A stretch of DNA of 25,990 bases from a virus. Its lineage: Duplodnaviria > Caudoviricetes. The notes under the pieces are model-generated. The model was not told the origin of the DNA and searched no databases. It was given only the letters and a program-made list of their open reading frames with translations. The translations under genes and the position numbers were made by a program. Positions 9,368 through 17,662 of the stretch are shown one piece after another. Numbering within the stretch: position 1 is the stretch's first letter; every line of letters begins with the position of its first letter. Where the stretch lies: positions 1 to 25,990 of IMG/VR virus record IMGVR_UViG_3300032330_001895. The stretch is one strand, 5' to 3'.

Positions 9368-9400
9368 AAAAAGGAATATGTATTTTTAACATATTCCTTT
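9366..9400. terminator. Intrinsic terminator hairpin between convergent genes
   Basis: 12-bp perfect inverted repeat AAAGGAATATGT (9370-9381) / ACATATTCCTTT (9389-9400) with a 7-nt loop. The A-run on its left gives a U-tract on the minus strand. Confidence 0.75.
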
Positions 9401-10070
9401 ATAGAATTTTTTTACCCTTACTTAAATTTTCTGAAGCCCATAATGGTTGTAAATTACTATAATGACACAACTTATTAAATTCTTCAGTAGTTTTGGCTGA
9501 TGATAATGGAATTATATGGTCAATATGCCAACTACCATAATTATCCCAAGACATTCCATCTTTAAATTGTGATTGTAAATGTTCTTTTAAAAACTGAGGT
9601 GAACAACCAATCAAATCAAATGTCTTATTAGTTTTAGACCAATTTTTTATTTTTAAGAAATTTCTAATTCTAGCCCTAATTAACGATGATATTTTATATA
9701 ATTCATCATTATTGATTTTTTTTCTTTGGTATTCAGTCCTTTTTTCCCTATTTATAACTCTATACAATTTGAGTTTTTCTTTATGTTTTTCTTTATTTTT
9801 ATGGTAAGATTTTAACTTTATAAGTTTGTTTTTTTCTATATCTAATAAAACCCTAATTTTTGTTTTTTCATTAATTTTTTCTTTATTATTTTGATAATAT
9901 TTTTTTATAGTTTCTTGTCTTTTTTCCGTATTTTTTTCTTTATACTCTCTACTTTCAATTTTTCTACAATCATTACATGTTGAACGGTACCCACTTTTAG
10001 ATTGTTTATTTTTACCAAAAAAACAAATGTCCTTGTTAATTTTACATTTACCGCAAACTTTAGTTTCCAT
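9399..10070 (-). CDS. HNH (homing-type) endonuclease with an N-terminal Cys4 Zn finger and a Lys/Glu-rich helical linker
   Basis: Likely start METKVCGKC...CNDC (ATG at 10070; the track starts at GTG 10079). C-terminal WHIDHIIPLS...CHYSNLQPLWASENLSKG is the HNH core. Confidence 0.88.
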   Translation of the reverse strand: METKVCGKCKINKDICFFGKNKQSKSGYRSTCNDCRKIESREYKEKNTEKRQETIKKYYQNNKEKINEKTKIRVLLDIEKNKLIKLKSYHKNKEKHKEKLKLYRVINREKRTEYQRKKINNDELYKISSLIRARIRNFLKIKNWSKTNKTFDLIGCSPQFLKEHLQSQFKDGMSWDNYGSWHIDHIIPLSSAKTTEEFNKLCHYSNLQPLWASENLSKGKKIL

Positions 10071-10206
10071 AATAATCACGAATTAATTTTTCAATGAATC
10101 GGGAAACCATAAATCCATCTTTTTTAATAGTTTCGTAAAGTTTTCTGTCTAAACTAATTCCAAATTTTATTTTTTTATCAATATCATTTTTTTTTGGTCT
10201 TCCCAT
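10060..10206 (-). CDS. Small RHH-type regulator, 48 aa (not in the ORF track), overlapping the HNH start
   Basis: MGRPKKNDIDKKIKFGISLDRKLYETIKKDGFMVSRFIEKLIRDYYGN*. GRPK N-terminus, strand KFGISLD, and a SRFIEKLI helix. Confidence 0.75.
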   Translation of the reverse strand: MGRPKKNDIDKKIKFGISLDRKLYETIKKDGFMVSRFIEKLIRDYYGN

Positions 10207-10210
10207 ATAT

Positions 10211-10217
10211 ATAAATA
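10211..10217 (-). promoter_or_regulatory. TATTTAT putative late promoter motif for the RHH-HNH cassette
   Basis: ATAAATA on + strand, 4 nt from the ATG at 10206, inside the 15-nt gap after the polB stop. Confidence 0.55.
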
Positions 10218-10221
10218 CTTA

Positions 10222-13173
10222 TTAATTAGTAAAAGTTTCACTTTTATTTAATAAATTTTCCCACCCTTCTTCAGCAAAATCATAGATATGATTTGGGTTA
10301 CCATTTATTGATTCCCAAAATTTTATTTCTTCAAGAGATATTGATAACACATCCTCCACTTTATCTTGGTCACCATCTTCAAATGGAACACCATTAATTA
10401 ATTTACATTGTTCTTTGGTAAATAAACCTCTGTCTTTAGGGTCAGTAACAATTAAATTATTTCTCACTTCTTCACCAAATACAATTAACAATGGTTCAAT
10501 TCTTTTGTTAAAGGTAACAACTGCTCTTGCTACATTATATTCACCTGTTATATTAGGATTTGATTCTAATTCAGCCGGATTTAATCTATAACAATTAAGT
10601 TGAACTAATGAACCGACCATATCTGAAATCGCTATTTGATATGCCAGTTCTGTTGGAATTCCTGTATTCGCCTCCTTATTTGTCGCATCACTACGAACCC
10701 AGTTATCATCACCCCAAGATTGTTCCCATCCATTTTTTTGTAAAAATTTTACCTTTTCTTTTATATCTTCATTTGTTTTGAAAAATATATCTAATTGTTC
10801 TTGAGACCATCCTTTTTTAGGTTTATTAACCTTTTGAACATCTCCGTGTGATGCCTTAACACCATTATTCACATAGAATATCACGTCACCCAAACTCACC
10901 GCAATACCATCACGAATTGCTAACTCCATATGAGCTTGTCTTGACATCATATTACCCGCCTTGGTTTTTTCTTTTGAACGTTTGTTATAATCGTCAATTG
11001 ATAATTTAACCTTCGCTCTTTGAGCAATCTTCATTAATGGAATTTGTTGGTTAAAAATTATCTCCAAATACTCATAATACCACTCAACAAATGCTTGTCC
11101 ATTACCCTCAAGTAACATTTTAATTCCTTTATCTAAAAAGTCCTCAATGTAAAGTGGTAGTTTTTTACTCTTAATTGAGTTACCTGTAAGTTTAATTTTA
11201 CCATTGTGTTCCATTGTTGCGTAGTTTTTACGAGCAATATTCATACAAGATTTCCAAGTACCGTCATTATCTAACGACATTGCCCCTTTCATAAAAACGT
11301 CATTATATTCCGCAACATCGGCATCATAACCTCTATATTCTTTACCTTCTTTAACTCCCCAATTAATACCTTTACCAATGTATATCCTATCCTCCACACC
11401 ACTTTGTGGTAAACTAAAGTTGACTCCGTCTGTGTCAAGTACCAACGGTGTATATCCTTTTGATATGAAAAAATTCATCATCTGTCTTAAATACTGCCTT
11501 CCAGTACACGTAATCATTTGACCTTTATCCATATCCCCCCAATGGAATACTTGAGGGGCTGATAACGCACCAAATAATGAATTGATAAAAATCTTAATCG
11601 GTAATTGTTTTCTGTCAAATGATGTTGCCTGTTTCTTATCAATATCCTGATATTCTTTCGCCAAGTTTTTATACTTGATACGAGTATTACGGAAATAATT
11701 TAACATACCCTTCATTGCTCCTGTAATATCACAAGTTGGGAATACATCATGAACAAGTTGTATTGAAGGATAAAGTGATGAGAAGTCAAGTTTCAATACA
11801 TCGGTAGAGAATCCCACTTTAAGTAATCGTGATAAACCTCCAACAAACTCGGTCTTTTCATTCTTTTTGGGTATCGCTAATTTGTGTTTGTATGACCAAG
11901 CTCTCATTTGGATTTCCCATAATGTTGCAGTTCCCATTGTTGAAACCCTTTCATATGTTGTTGGGACCAAAGATGCAAGTAGGAATGAACCTTGATTGAA
12001 TTCTTCGTCAACCGTTAGAGTTTCTTCTAAGTCATCGTCAAGATATCGTTCAACCAAATTATCACCTGTTGTTTTAATATATACATTTGAATGTTTGGAA
12101 CACGCTTCGTCAATTGTGGGGTCAACACCCACTTTCTTATATTTTCCGTTTTGGATGTTTAACCAAAACTCTTCTTTCTTTGCATAAAATGGACCAATGT
12201 CTGTGTGGTCAATATAAACACGGTCAGCGGCTTCTGCTTTGATATATTGGGTGATGTATTTCAAACCCGCAGATTTGATTGATGAATTGATTGCTTGAGC
12301 TCTTCTAACGGCATGTAACGTGTCAACAACGTTATAACCCCACATAGATGTCTGATTGAATCTCTCAACCTCGTTTGCAAGTTTCAACATGCTTTCAGAT
12401 TGTCTTATGGTGTTGGCAGGATTAAGAGTTTTGGCAACTTTCTTAATATCAAGATTTAAAGCTTTTGCTCTTTCAAATATCCAAAACCAGTCAAAGTTAA
12501 ATCCGTTGTAAGATGCGATGATACTTGGTTTGAGTTCATCAATGGTATTGAAAAATTTAACAATACCTTGTCGTTCTTGGTCTTCTGTTGAACACTCAAT
12601 AACTTCACTGAAACCTTTATTGGTTTTCATTCCAATCATGAATATACGACCATCCTTTGGTTCAAGTGAGGTCGTCTCTAAGTCAAATACAAATCTTGTG
12701 ATACTGTTGTAATCATCAAATCCTTTGAATAGACGTTTTTCTTTTGTAACCAAGAACTGTTCAACAGGAGGTAGGATAAGGATTAATCCTTTAGTTCTTT
12801 CACCCCAAGGGTCAACACCACCATCTCTAAAAAACTGAATGAGAGAACGATAACCATTAAGAGATTTAACCATAAATGTTAAACCTTTCTCTAATCTTTC
12901 ATTATCGTCTGTACGTAATTTCTCAATGACAATTTTATGTTTTGACATTGCTTCTTTTTGCAGAGCTTTAGAGGATTGATAAAAGTTCAACCCCCGTAAA
13001 TCTCCAACCCAAGCAAATGGAATAAAAGTATCTCTCTTTATTTGTTTACCCTGAATAGGGTCTTCTATAATTTTCCAAATACAATCTTTTACATAATCGT
13101 ATTCTACACTGACGATATATTTTTCGTCATCGTTCCCTTGAAGGAACTGTTCAATTTCTTCGTTTGATATCAT
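10222..13173 (-). CDS. polB: Family B DNA polymerase with 3'-5' exonuclease
   Basis: ExoI DLETT, ExoII YNGFNFDW, ExoIII YLDDD; polymerase motifs A DFSSLYPS, B KIFINSLFG, C LDTDG; KNYA. Confidence 0.96.
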   Translation of the reverse strand: MISNEEIEQFLQGNDDEKYIVSVEYDYVKDCIWKIIEDPIQGKQIKRDTFIPFAWVGDLRGLNFYQSSKALQKEAMSKHKIVIEKLRTDDNERLEKGLTFMVKSLNGYRSLIQFFRDGGVDPWGERTKGLILILPPVEQFLVTKEKRLFKGFDDYNSITRFVFDLETTSLEPKDGRIFMIGMKTNKGFSEVIECSTEDQERQGIVKFFNTIDELKPSIIASYNGFNFDWFWIFERAKALNLDIKKVAKTLNPANTIRQSESMLKLANEVERFNQTSMWGYNVVDTLHAVRRAQAINSSIKSAGLKYITQYIKAEAADRVYIDHTDIGPFYAKKEEFWLNIQNGKYKKVGVDPTIDEACSKHSNVYIKTTGDNLVERYLDDDLEETLTVDEEFNQGSFLLASLVPTTYERVSTMGTATLWEIQMRAWSYKHKLAIPKKNEKTEFVGGLSRLLKVGFSTDVLKLDFSSLYPSIQLVHDVFPTCDITGAMKGMLNYFRNTRIKYKNLAKEYQDIDKKQATSFDRKQLPIKIFINSLFGALSAPQVFHWGDMDKGQMITCTGRQYLRQMMNFFISKGYTPLVLDTDGVNFSLPQSGVEDRIYIGKGINWGVKEGKEYRGYDADVAEYNDVFMKGAMSLDNDGTWKSCMNIARKNYATMEHNGKIKLTGNSIKSKKLPLYIEDFLDKGIKMLLEGNGQAFVEWYYEYLEIIFNQQIPLMKIAQRAKVKLSIDDYNKRSKEKTKAGNMMSRQAHMELAIRDGIAVSLGDVIFYVNNGVKASHGDVQKVNKPKKGWSQEQLDIFFKTNEDIKEKVKFLQKNGWEQSWGDDNWVRSDATNKEANTGIPTELAYQIAISDMVGSLVQLNCYRLNPAELESNPNITGEYNVARAVVTFNKRIEPLLIVFGEEVRNNLIVTDPKDRGLFTKEQCKLINGVPFEDGDQDKVEDVLSISLEEIKFWESINGNPNHIYDFAEEGWENLLNKSETFTN

Positions 13174-13196
13174 AAAATTTAAATTGGTATATTAGC

Positions 13197-13225
13197 TTCC
13201 GAAATTAAGGTCGGAATTTACCTTA
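13197..13225 (-). promoter_or_regulatory. Candidate H-type RNA pseudoknot in the polB 5' leader
   Basis: Minus strand reads UAAGG-UAAA-UUCCGA-CCUUA-AUU-UCGGAA: stem 1 UAAGG/CCUUA and stem 2 UUCCGA/UCGGAA, interleaved. Confidence 0.55.
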
Positions 13226-13232
13226 TGTGGTA

Positions 13233-13261
13233 AGTTTAACCAATCAAACTTTATAAGTCAA
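13233..13261 (-). promoter_or_regulatory. Sigma70-like promoter for polB
   Basis: Minus strand TTGACT (13261-13256), 17-nt spacer, TAAACT (13238-13233). The predicted +1 falls about at the first pseudoknot base. Confidence 0.6.
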
Positions 13262-13274
13262 ATCTTTAATTCTA

Positions 13275-13868
13275 TTAATTATATACTCTGATTTCTATTG
13301 GGGTGTTTAATAACACATCATCGGTAATTATATGTCCTAAACCATCAGGACTAAATGAACTTATGTATAATGAAGCGTTATCATATGTTCTACCTTCTAT
13401 TATAAAAGGTGATGATGCATCAGGAATTATATTTGATATAAAAAAGGCAGTTTTATTAACTGTCAATAATCCATTTGTTAAAATCTCATAAGTCCCAATA
13501 CTATTATAAGTAAACCAAACATTACCAATAGTATTCTCTAGTACAGTTACTACTGGGGCTCCTGTGTTGTATGCTAAAGTATTATTACCTATTGTTTGTG
13601 TGCCCCAATTATTAGGAGTTACTCCCGTTGCTACAAATTTAGTCCCTGGAACATTATTAGGAGCACCAACATTTGTAAAATCCCACCCATTAAAAGGTTC
13701 ATCTAACAACTCATAGGTTACACCTACTGTCAATAAACCCTCACTAATATATTGCAAATCATCCCCACCACTCTGTGTTAATAGGGCAGTGTATACTTTA
13801 TATGGTTGTAATTGTTGACCATTAATGGTTTGTCCCGATACGTTATTTACGATATATTTTGTTGCCAT
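13275..13868 (-). CDS. Hypothetical virion / fibre-associated protein
   Basis: 197 aa, T/G/N-rich; YKVYTALLTQSG...APVVTVLENTIG...IEIRVYN resembles phage fibre C-terminal modules. Confidence 0.6.
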   Translation of the reverse strand: MATKYIVNNVSGQTINGQQLQPYKVYTALLTQSGGDDLQYISEGLLTVGVTYELLDEPFNGWDFTNVGAPNNVPGTKFVATGVTPNNWGTQTIGNNTLAYNTGAPVVTVLENTIGNVWFTYNSIGTYEILTNGLLTVNKTAFFISNIIPDASSPFIIEGRTYDNASLYISSFSPDGLGHIITDDVLLNTPIEIRVYN

Positions 13869-13888
13869 ATTTTTATTTTTTAATTTAT

Positions 13889-14965
13889 TTAGTCAATTGG
13901 TAATCCTAACTTATAATCTGATGTAATATCAACCCAACCCCCAACAAATTCGTATTTCATAACTTTATCAACAACAACGTATGATTCAAATTGTGTTGTA
14001 CCTGTACTAACATCACTATTAATGAAAATACCACTTAAAAAATATACATCATTTGTGGTGTTTCCTGTTGTTGCTGCTGGTAAATTATCAATGATATAAT
14101 CATAGGCAGAATCTCTAATAGTTTCTGTGGCATAAATCATTTGTTTATTGTAAATCTCTTCAGTGGTTCCTGTGAATCCTGATAATGTTGCTTTATGTGG
14201 CCATAAAATATCTGTTAATTTCCAAAAAGAATAATTTTCATTATTAAAAGGTGCATTATTTTGATTTGGAGCCGCACTTAGTTGATTTACAACTTGGTCA
14301 ATTGCCCCCGCAACGGCACCACAGGTATTATCAGTTAAACTGTTTGCTTTACCTCTTCTTAACATTCTACCTGAACGTCCATCTTCAGTCACACCAATGT
14401 GTGGCATACTTGTAACAAACAAGGTTCCGTCAAGAGTTGTTGCTACGTGACTTGAGAACGCTCCAAATCCAACACTACCCACAAATGGATAACCTGCTAA
14501 ACCACCAGACATGAACGGACCTAAGAAAGAATTAATACTTGTTGGCCATCCACCGATATTTCCAGGTAAGTATGCTGCGTCAACGTCATCAGAACAAATA
14601 CCTTCAGCTAAAACAATATCCGTTGATGGTATTCCTTCATCTGTAATATATTGTGTTGTGTATGTTCCCCATACTTCAGATAATACCGCTCCTGAGAATG
14701 GTTGGTATCCTCCGTCAACGGTAACACCTCTTACTGTTTCAGTATATGCACTCTGACCTGTTAATGGTGCTGGTACAATTATTTCATACGTCCTATCATA
14801 TGATGGTACCTCTAATTCGTATGTTCCGTAGGGATAATCCGAAATATTGTTAAATGGTATTACTTCAGACCCTAAATCAATGGTTCCACCAGTTGTTGGT
14901 AAAAAAGTAACATTTGCTGTAAGTCCTGACAGATTTGTACTTGTTATTCTAATTCCTTGTATCAT
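13889..14965 (-). CDS. LCIB/LCIC-family (theta / beta-fold) carbonic anhydrase-like protein with an N-terminal beta-sandwich-like extension
   Basis: C124-S-D126-D, GPF.SGGLAGYPFVG.VGFGAFSSH, P-H189-IGVTEDGRSG...RRG, T-C215-GA. These are the Cys/His/Cys Zn ligands and the Gly-rich motif of LCIB-type CAs. Confidence 0.82.
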   Translation of the reverse strand: MIQGIRITSTNLSGLTANVTFLPTTGGTIDLGSEVIPFNNISDYPYGTYELEVPSYDRTYEIIVPAPLTGQSAYTETVRGVTVDGGYQPFSGAVLSEVWGTYTTQYITDEGIPSTDIVLAEGICSDDVDAAYLPGNIGGWPTSINSFLGPFMSGGLAGYPFVGSVGFGAFSSHVATTLDGTLFVTSMPHIGVTEDGRSGRMLRRGKANSLTDNTCGAVAGAIDQVVNQLSAAPNQNNAPFNNENYSFWKLTDILWPHKATLSGFTGTTEEIYNKQMIYATETIRDSAYDYIIDNLPAATTGNTTNDVYFLSGIFINSDVSTGTTQFESYVVVDKVMKYEFVGGWVDITSDYKLGLPID

Positions 14966-14983
14966 GTTTTTTTGTTTTTTTAT

Positions 14984-15655
14984 TTATTTTAATTCAAATA
15001 GGATTATTTCCGATTCTTTTTTTGTTGTTATTACAATTTTATCTTCACTAATAAAACTTAAACCATCACCTTCAATCAACGAATGATTATTTATATTCGC
15101 CTCACCTAAAACAACATATAGATAATATCTAAGTGTGTTATTAAGTTCAAATGTGAAATCTTCAGTAAATATTCCTGATAATAGTCTGGCGTCTTGTTTT
15201 ATTGGTAATTTTTCAGTTATATCACAAAATTTGTTTAATTTATCTTCTCTTGTAAATTGGTACCATTCGTGTATTGGTTCTGTATCAAACACATTTGGTT
15301 TAATCCATAATTGTAAATAACGATTTGGAGTGTCCGAAGCGTTACCTTCTGTATGTTTTATTCCTTGTCCCGCACTCATTCTTTGTACTGCACCTGCTGG
15401 TATATCCAATACCTTTCCGTGACTATCAGTATGTCTACAAACTCCTTCTACCACATAACCAAATATTTCCATATTTTTGTGCTCGTGTATTGGTACATGT
15501 CCACCAGGTTGAACTCTATCATCATTAATGGTTTGTAGGTCACTAAAATTCATATACTTGGGGTCAAAGTAACCTGGAAAACTAAATGTCCTGTATGAAC
15601 TAATCCAATCAGCTCTAGGGTTACCCCTTGTGTTATGTGGTCTTTTTATTATCAT
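14984..15655 (-). CDS. Pirin-family bicupin (YhhW-like)
   Basis: TFSF..YFDP..M.F..L..INDD, H-E-H-KNMEI, H.DS.G, VQRMSAGQGI-K-H-T-E, LQLWI.P; the His/His/His/Glu metal ligands are present. Confidence 0.93.
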   Translation of the reverse strand: MIIKRPHNTRGNPRADWISSYRTFSFPGYFDPKYMNFSDLQTINDDRVQPGGHVPIHEHKNMEIFGYVVEGVCRHTDSHGKVLDIPAGAVQRMSAGQGIKHTEGNASDTPNRYLQLWIKPNVFDTEPIHEWYQFTREDKLNKFCDITEKLPIKQDARLLSGIFTEDFTFELNNTLRYYLYVVLGEANINNHSLIEGDGLSFISEDKIVITTKKESEIILFELK

Positions 15656-15680
15656 ATTGTTATTAGCACCATTGATTTAT

Positions 15681-17612
15681 TTATAATATTAATCCAAAAT
15701 TCAAATCATTTTCTGGTATGTCTAATGCATTTAACCCCCCTAAACAAGGTGCTTCAGTTAATGTTTCTATTGTTAAAATATCAGATTCATCGTAATACGA
15801 TAATCTATTATCTCCATTTTTATTTTTAAATACATTAACTGTTGTTATATCATATAACATACCTGTACTTAAACAAGTACTATTAATACTTGTGTTAATA
15901 ATATTCCATTGGAAATAATTATCTATTGTATTATTTCCAAAATTATCGGAAATAGTATTGTTATAGAAATATTCACCAATAGTGTTATTCTGAAAATAAT
16001 TACCTATGATATTACCTTGTGGTGCAGATGCTCCATAACCAAAATTTTCACCTATTGTGTTATTTTGAAAATTATAACCGATATTATTAAATCCAAAATT
16101 ATCACCAATAGTATTTGAGACCACACTACCTTTAAATGTGTTTCCAAAAACATTACCCAAAAAGTCATTACTATCAATATTGGGTCCAAAGGTATTCCCA
16201 TTACAAGACCCACTAATTTGATTTCCTACAAATCCCCAATCTAATTTATTAGTATTAAAACTCTGATATATTATATTACCCCTAAATTCGTTGAATATTT
16301 GGTTATCGTAAAACAACTCATATATTGTATTATTTTCAAATTGTTCTCCGATTGTATTTTTATAAAATTGTTGACCAATTGTATTGTTATTGAAATATCT
16401 ATTAACTTGATTATCGTTAAAATTCCCAATTATGATGTTACCATAAAAATTATTTTCAATTGTATTGTTATAGAAATTATAATTGGTAAAATAATTATAC
16501 TGAAAATTTGTTCCTATTTGGTTATCGTAAAATGATGAACTAATTCTATTATAATTAAAATTAGACCCTATATTATTATTATAAAAACCATTTTCAAATA
16601 TGTTATTATAGAATGATGGTCCAACTAAATTATTGTAAGCTCCGTTATTTATTGAATTATTAAAAGTTCCATAACCAAATTTGTTATTGTTATTATTTAA
16701 TAAAAATACATTATTTGATAAAATGAAATAAACTTCATACAAATAATTAGAAAAATTATCAATATAGTTGTTTAAATTGACACCTTCACCATTAAATGTA
16801 TAATACTCCTCATAATCTGTTGTGGATATATTATTTTGTTTATAACTTGTATAGTTTCTTGTATTTGTAGGGTATATTTTTACTTGATATTGTTCTATTA
16901 AAGTTAAACCTGTAATAGTCATTTCTGTGTCACTAACAATGTTTGTAATCTCATAAACCTTATAGTCGTTATCTATAAATCCAACATATTGACCAACAGA
17001 AAATGATTCAAATGACGTACTACTACCTGACACTAACATTTCCTGACCTGTAGCCGTTGAAACAATAACGGTTCCGTTATGCGGATTTCCTAAATCAAGT
17101 TCAATAAAACGGTATCTTTTAAATTGAATTGTTCTATGGTCATAATCCGTTCTATTTCCAAACTCATCAATTCTTTCTGAAATTCTACCATAAGCAACTC
17201 CTTGTGTTACCTCAGTAGCACTAAAAGTCCAATCATATTGGATTCTATCTTTAGGGTATGATGGTTGATATGCGGTTGTACTAATTGTATCTAAACCTGT
17301 TGCTAACACTATAATTGGGTCAACTGAAGTTTCTTTATAATTACCTGTAAGGATTGCGTTATTGTTGTAATCATAATCAGGTTGGTCATAACAAGTTTGG
17401 AAATCGGTTATTAAATAAAATTGACCCGATGTTAAAGTTTCGCCAGTTATTTTATCAACAAGTTCAGAGTAAGTTACTTCAATAAGACCACTTATATTTG
17501 ATGTGATAGCAGATATTGCTCCATGATAGGTTACCCCACCATCTACGAATGGAAAAATACTTGATGAATTTGGTAAACCTATTGGTAATTGTGAAATTTT
17601 TACGTAAGCCAT
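15681..17612 (-). CDS. Putative tail fibre / receptor-binding protein with an Asn-rich beta-solenoid
   Basis: N-terminal VKISQLP; TYSEL...LTSGQFYLITDFQT and RIDEFGNRTDYD.R.I.FKRY fibre-type motifs; many roughly 10-aa F.NN.IG.N repeats. Confidence 0.7.
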   Translation of the reverse strand: MAYVKISQLPIGLPNSSSIFPFVDGGVTYHGAISAITSNISGLIEVTYSELVDKITGETLTSGQFYLITDFQTCYDQPDYDYNNNAILTGNYKETSVDPIIVLATGLDTISTTAYQPSYPKDRIQYDWTFSATEVTQGVAYGRISERIDEFGNRTDYDHRTIQFKRYRFIELDLGNPHNGTVIVSTATGQEMLVSGSSTSFESFSVGQYVGFIDNDYKVYEITNIVSDTEMTITGLTLIEQYQVKIYPTNTRNYTSYKQNNISTTDYEEYYTFNGEGVNLNNYIDNFSNYLYEVYFILSNNVFLLNNNNNKFGYGTFNNSINNGAYNNLVGPSFYNNIFENGFYNNNIGSNFNYNRISSSFYDNQIGTNFQYNYFTNYNFYNNTIENNFYGNIIIGNFNDNQVNRYFNNNTIGQQFYKNTIGEQFENNTIYELFYDNQIFNEFRGNIIYQSFNTNKLDWGFVGNQISGSCNGNTFGPNIDSNDFLGNVFGNTFKGSVVSNTIGDNFGFNNIGYNFQNNTIGENFGYGASAPQGNIIGNYFQNNTIGEYFYNNTISDNFGNNTIDNYFQWNIINTSINSTCLSTGMLYDITTVNVFKNKNGDNRLSYYDESDILTIETLTEAPCLGGLNALDIPENDLNFGLIL

Positions 17613-17626
17613 TTTTAATTTTATTT

Positions 17627-17633
17627 ATAAATA
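17627..17633 (-). promoter_or_regulatory. TATTTAT putative late promoter motif heading the fibre-pirin-CA run
   Basis: ATAAATA on + strand, 14 nt upstream of the ATG at 17612. Confidence 0.55.
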
Positions 17634-17662
17634 TCTTTTATTTATTTAATTATGTTTTTTAT

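Noticed and set aside
11750-12900. Impression of higher GC in the polB exonuclease region, suggesting a recombinant tract
   Set aside because: Not quantified by eye; needs a sliding-window GC3 and phylogenetic incongruence test
10222-13173. Intein or group I intron in polB
   Set aside because: The ORF is continuous, motif spacing is normal, no intein terminal or LAGLIDADG motifs were seen, and the HNH lies outside the gene
15681-17612. Possible diversity-generating retroelement target (many AAY codons in a fibre gene)
   Set aside because: No reverse transcriptase and no repeat pair differing only at adenines in the window; the Asn richness is explained by a solenoid
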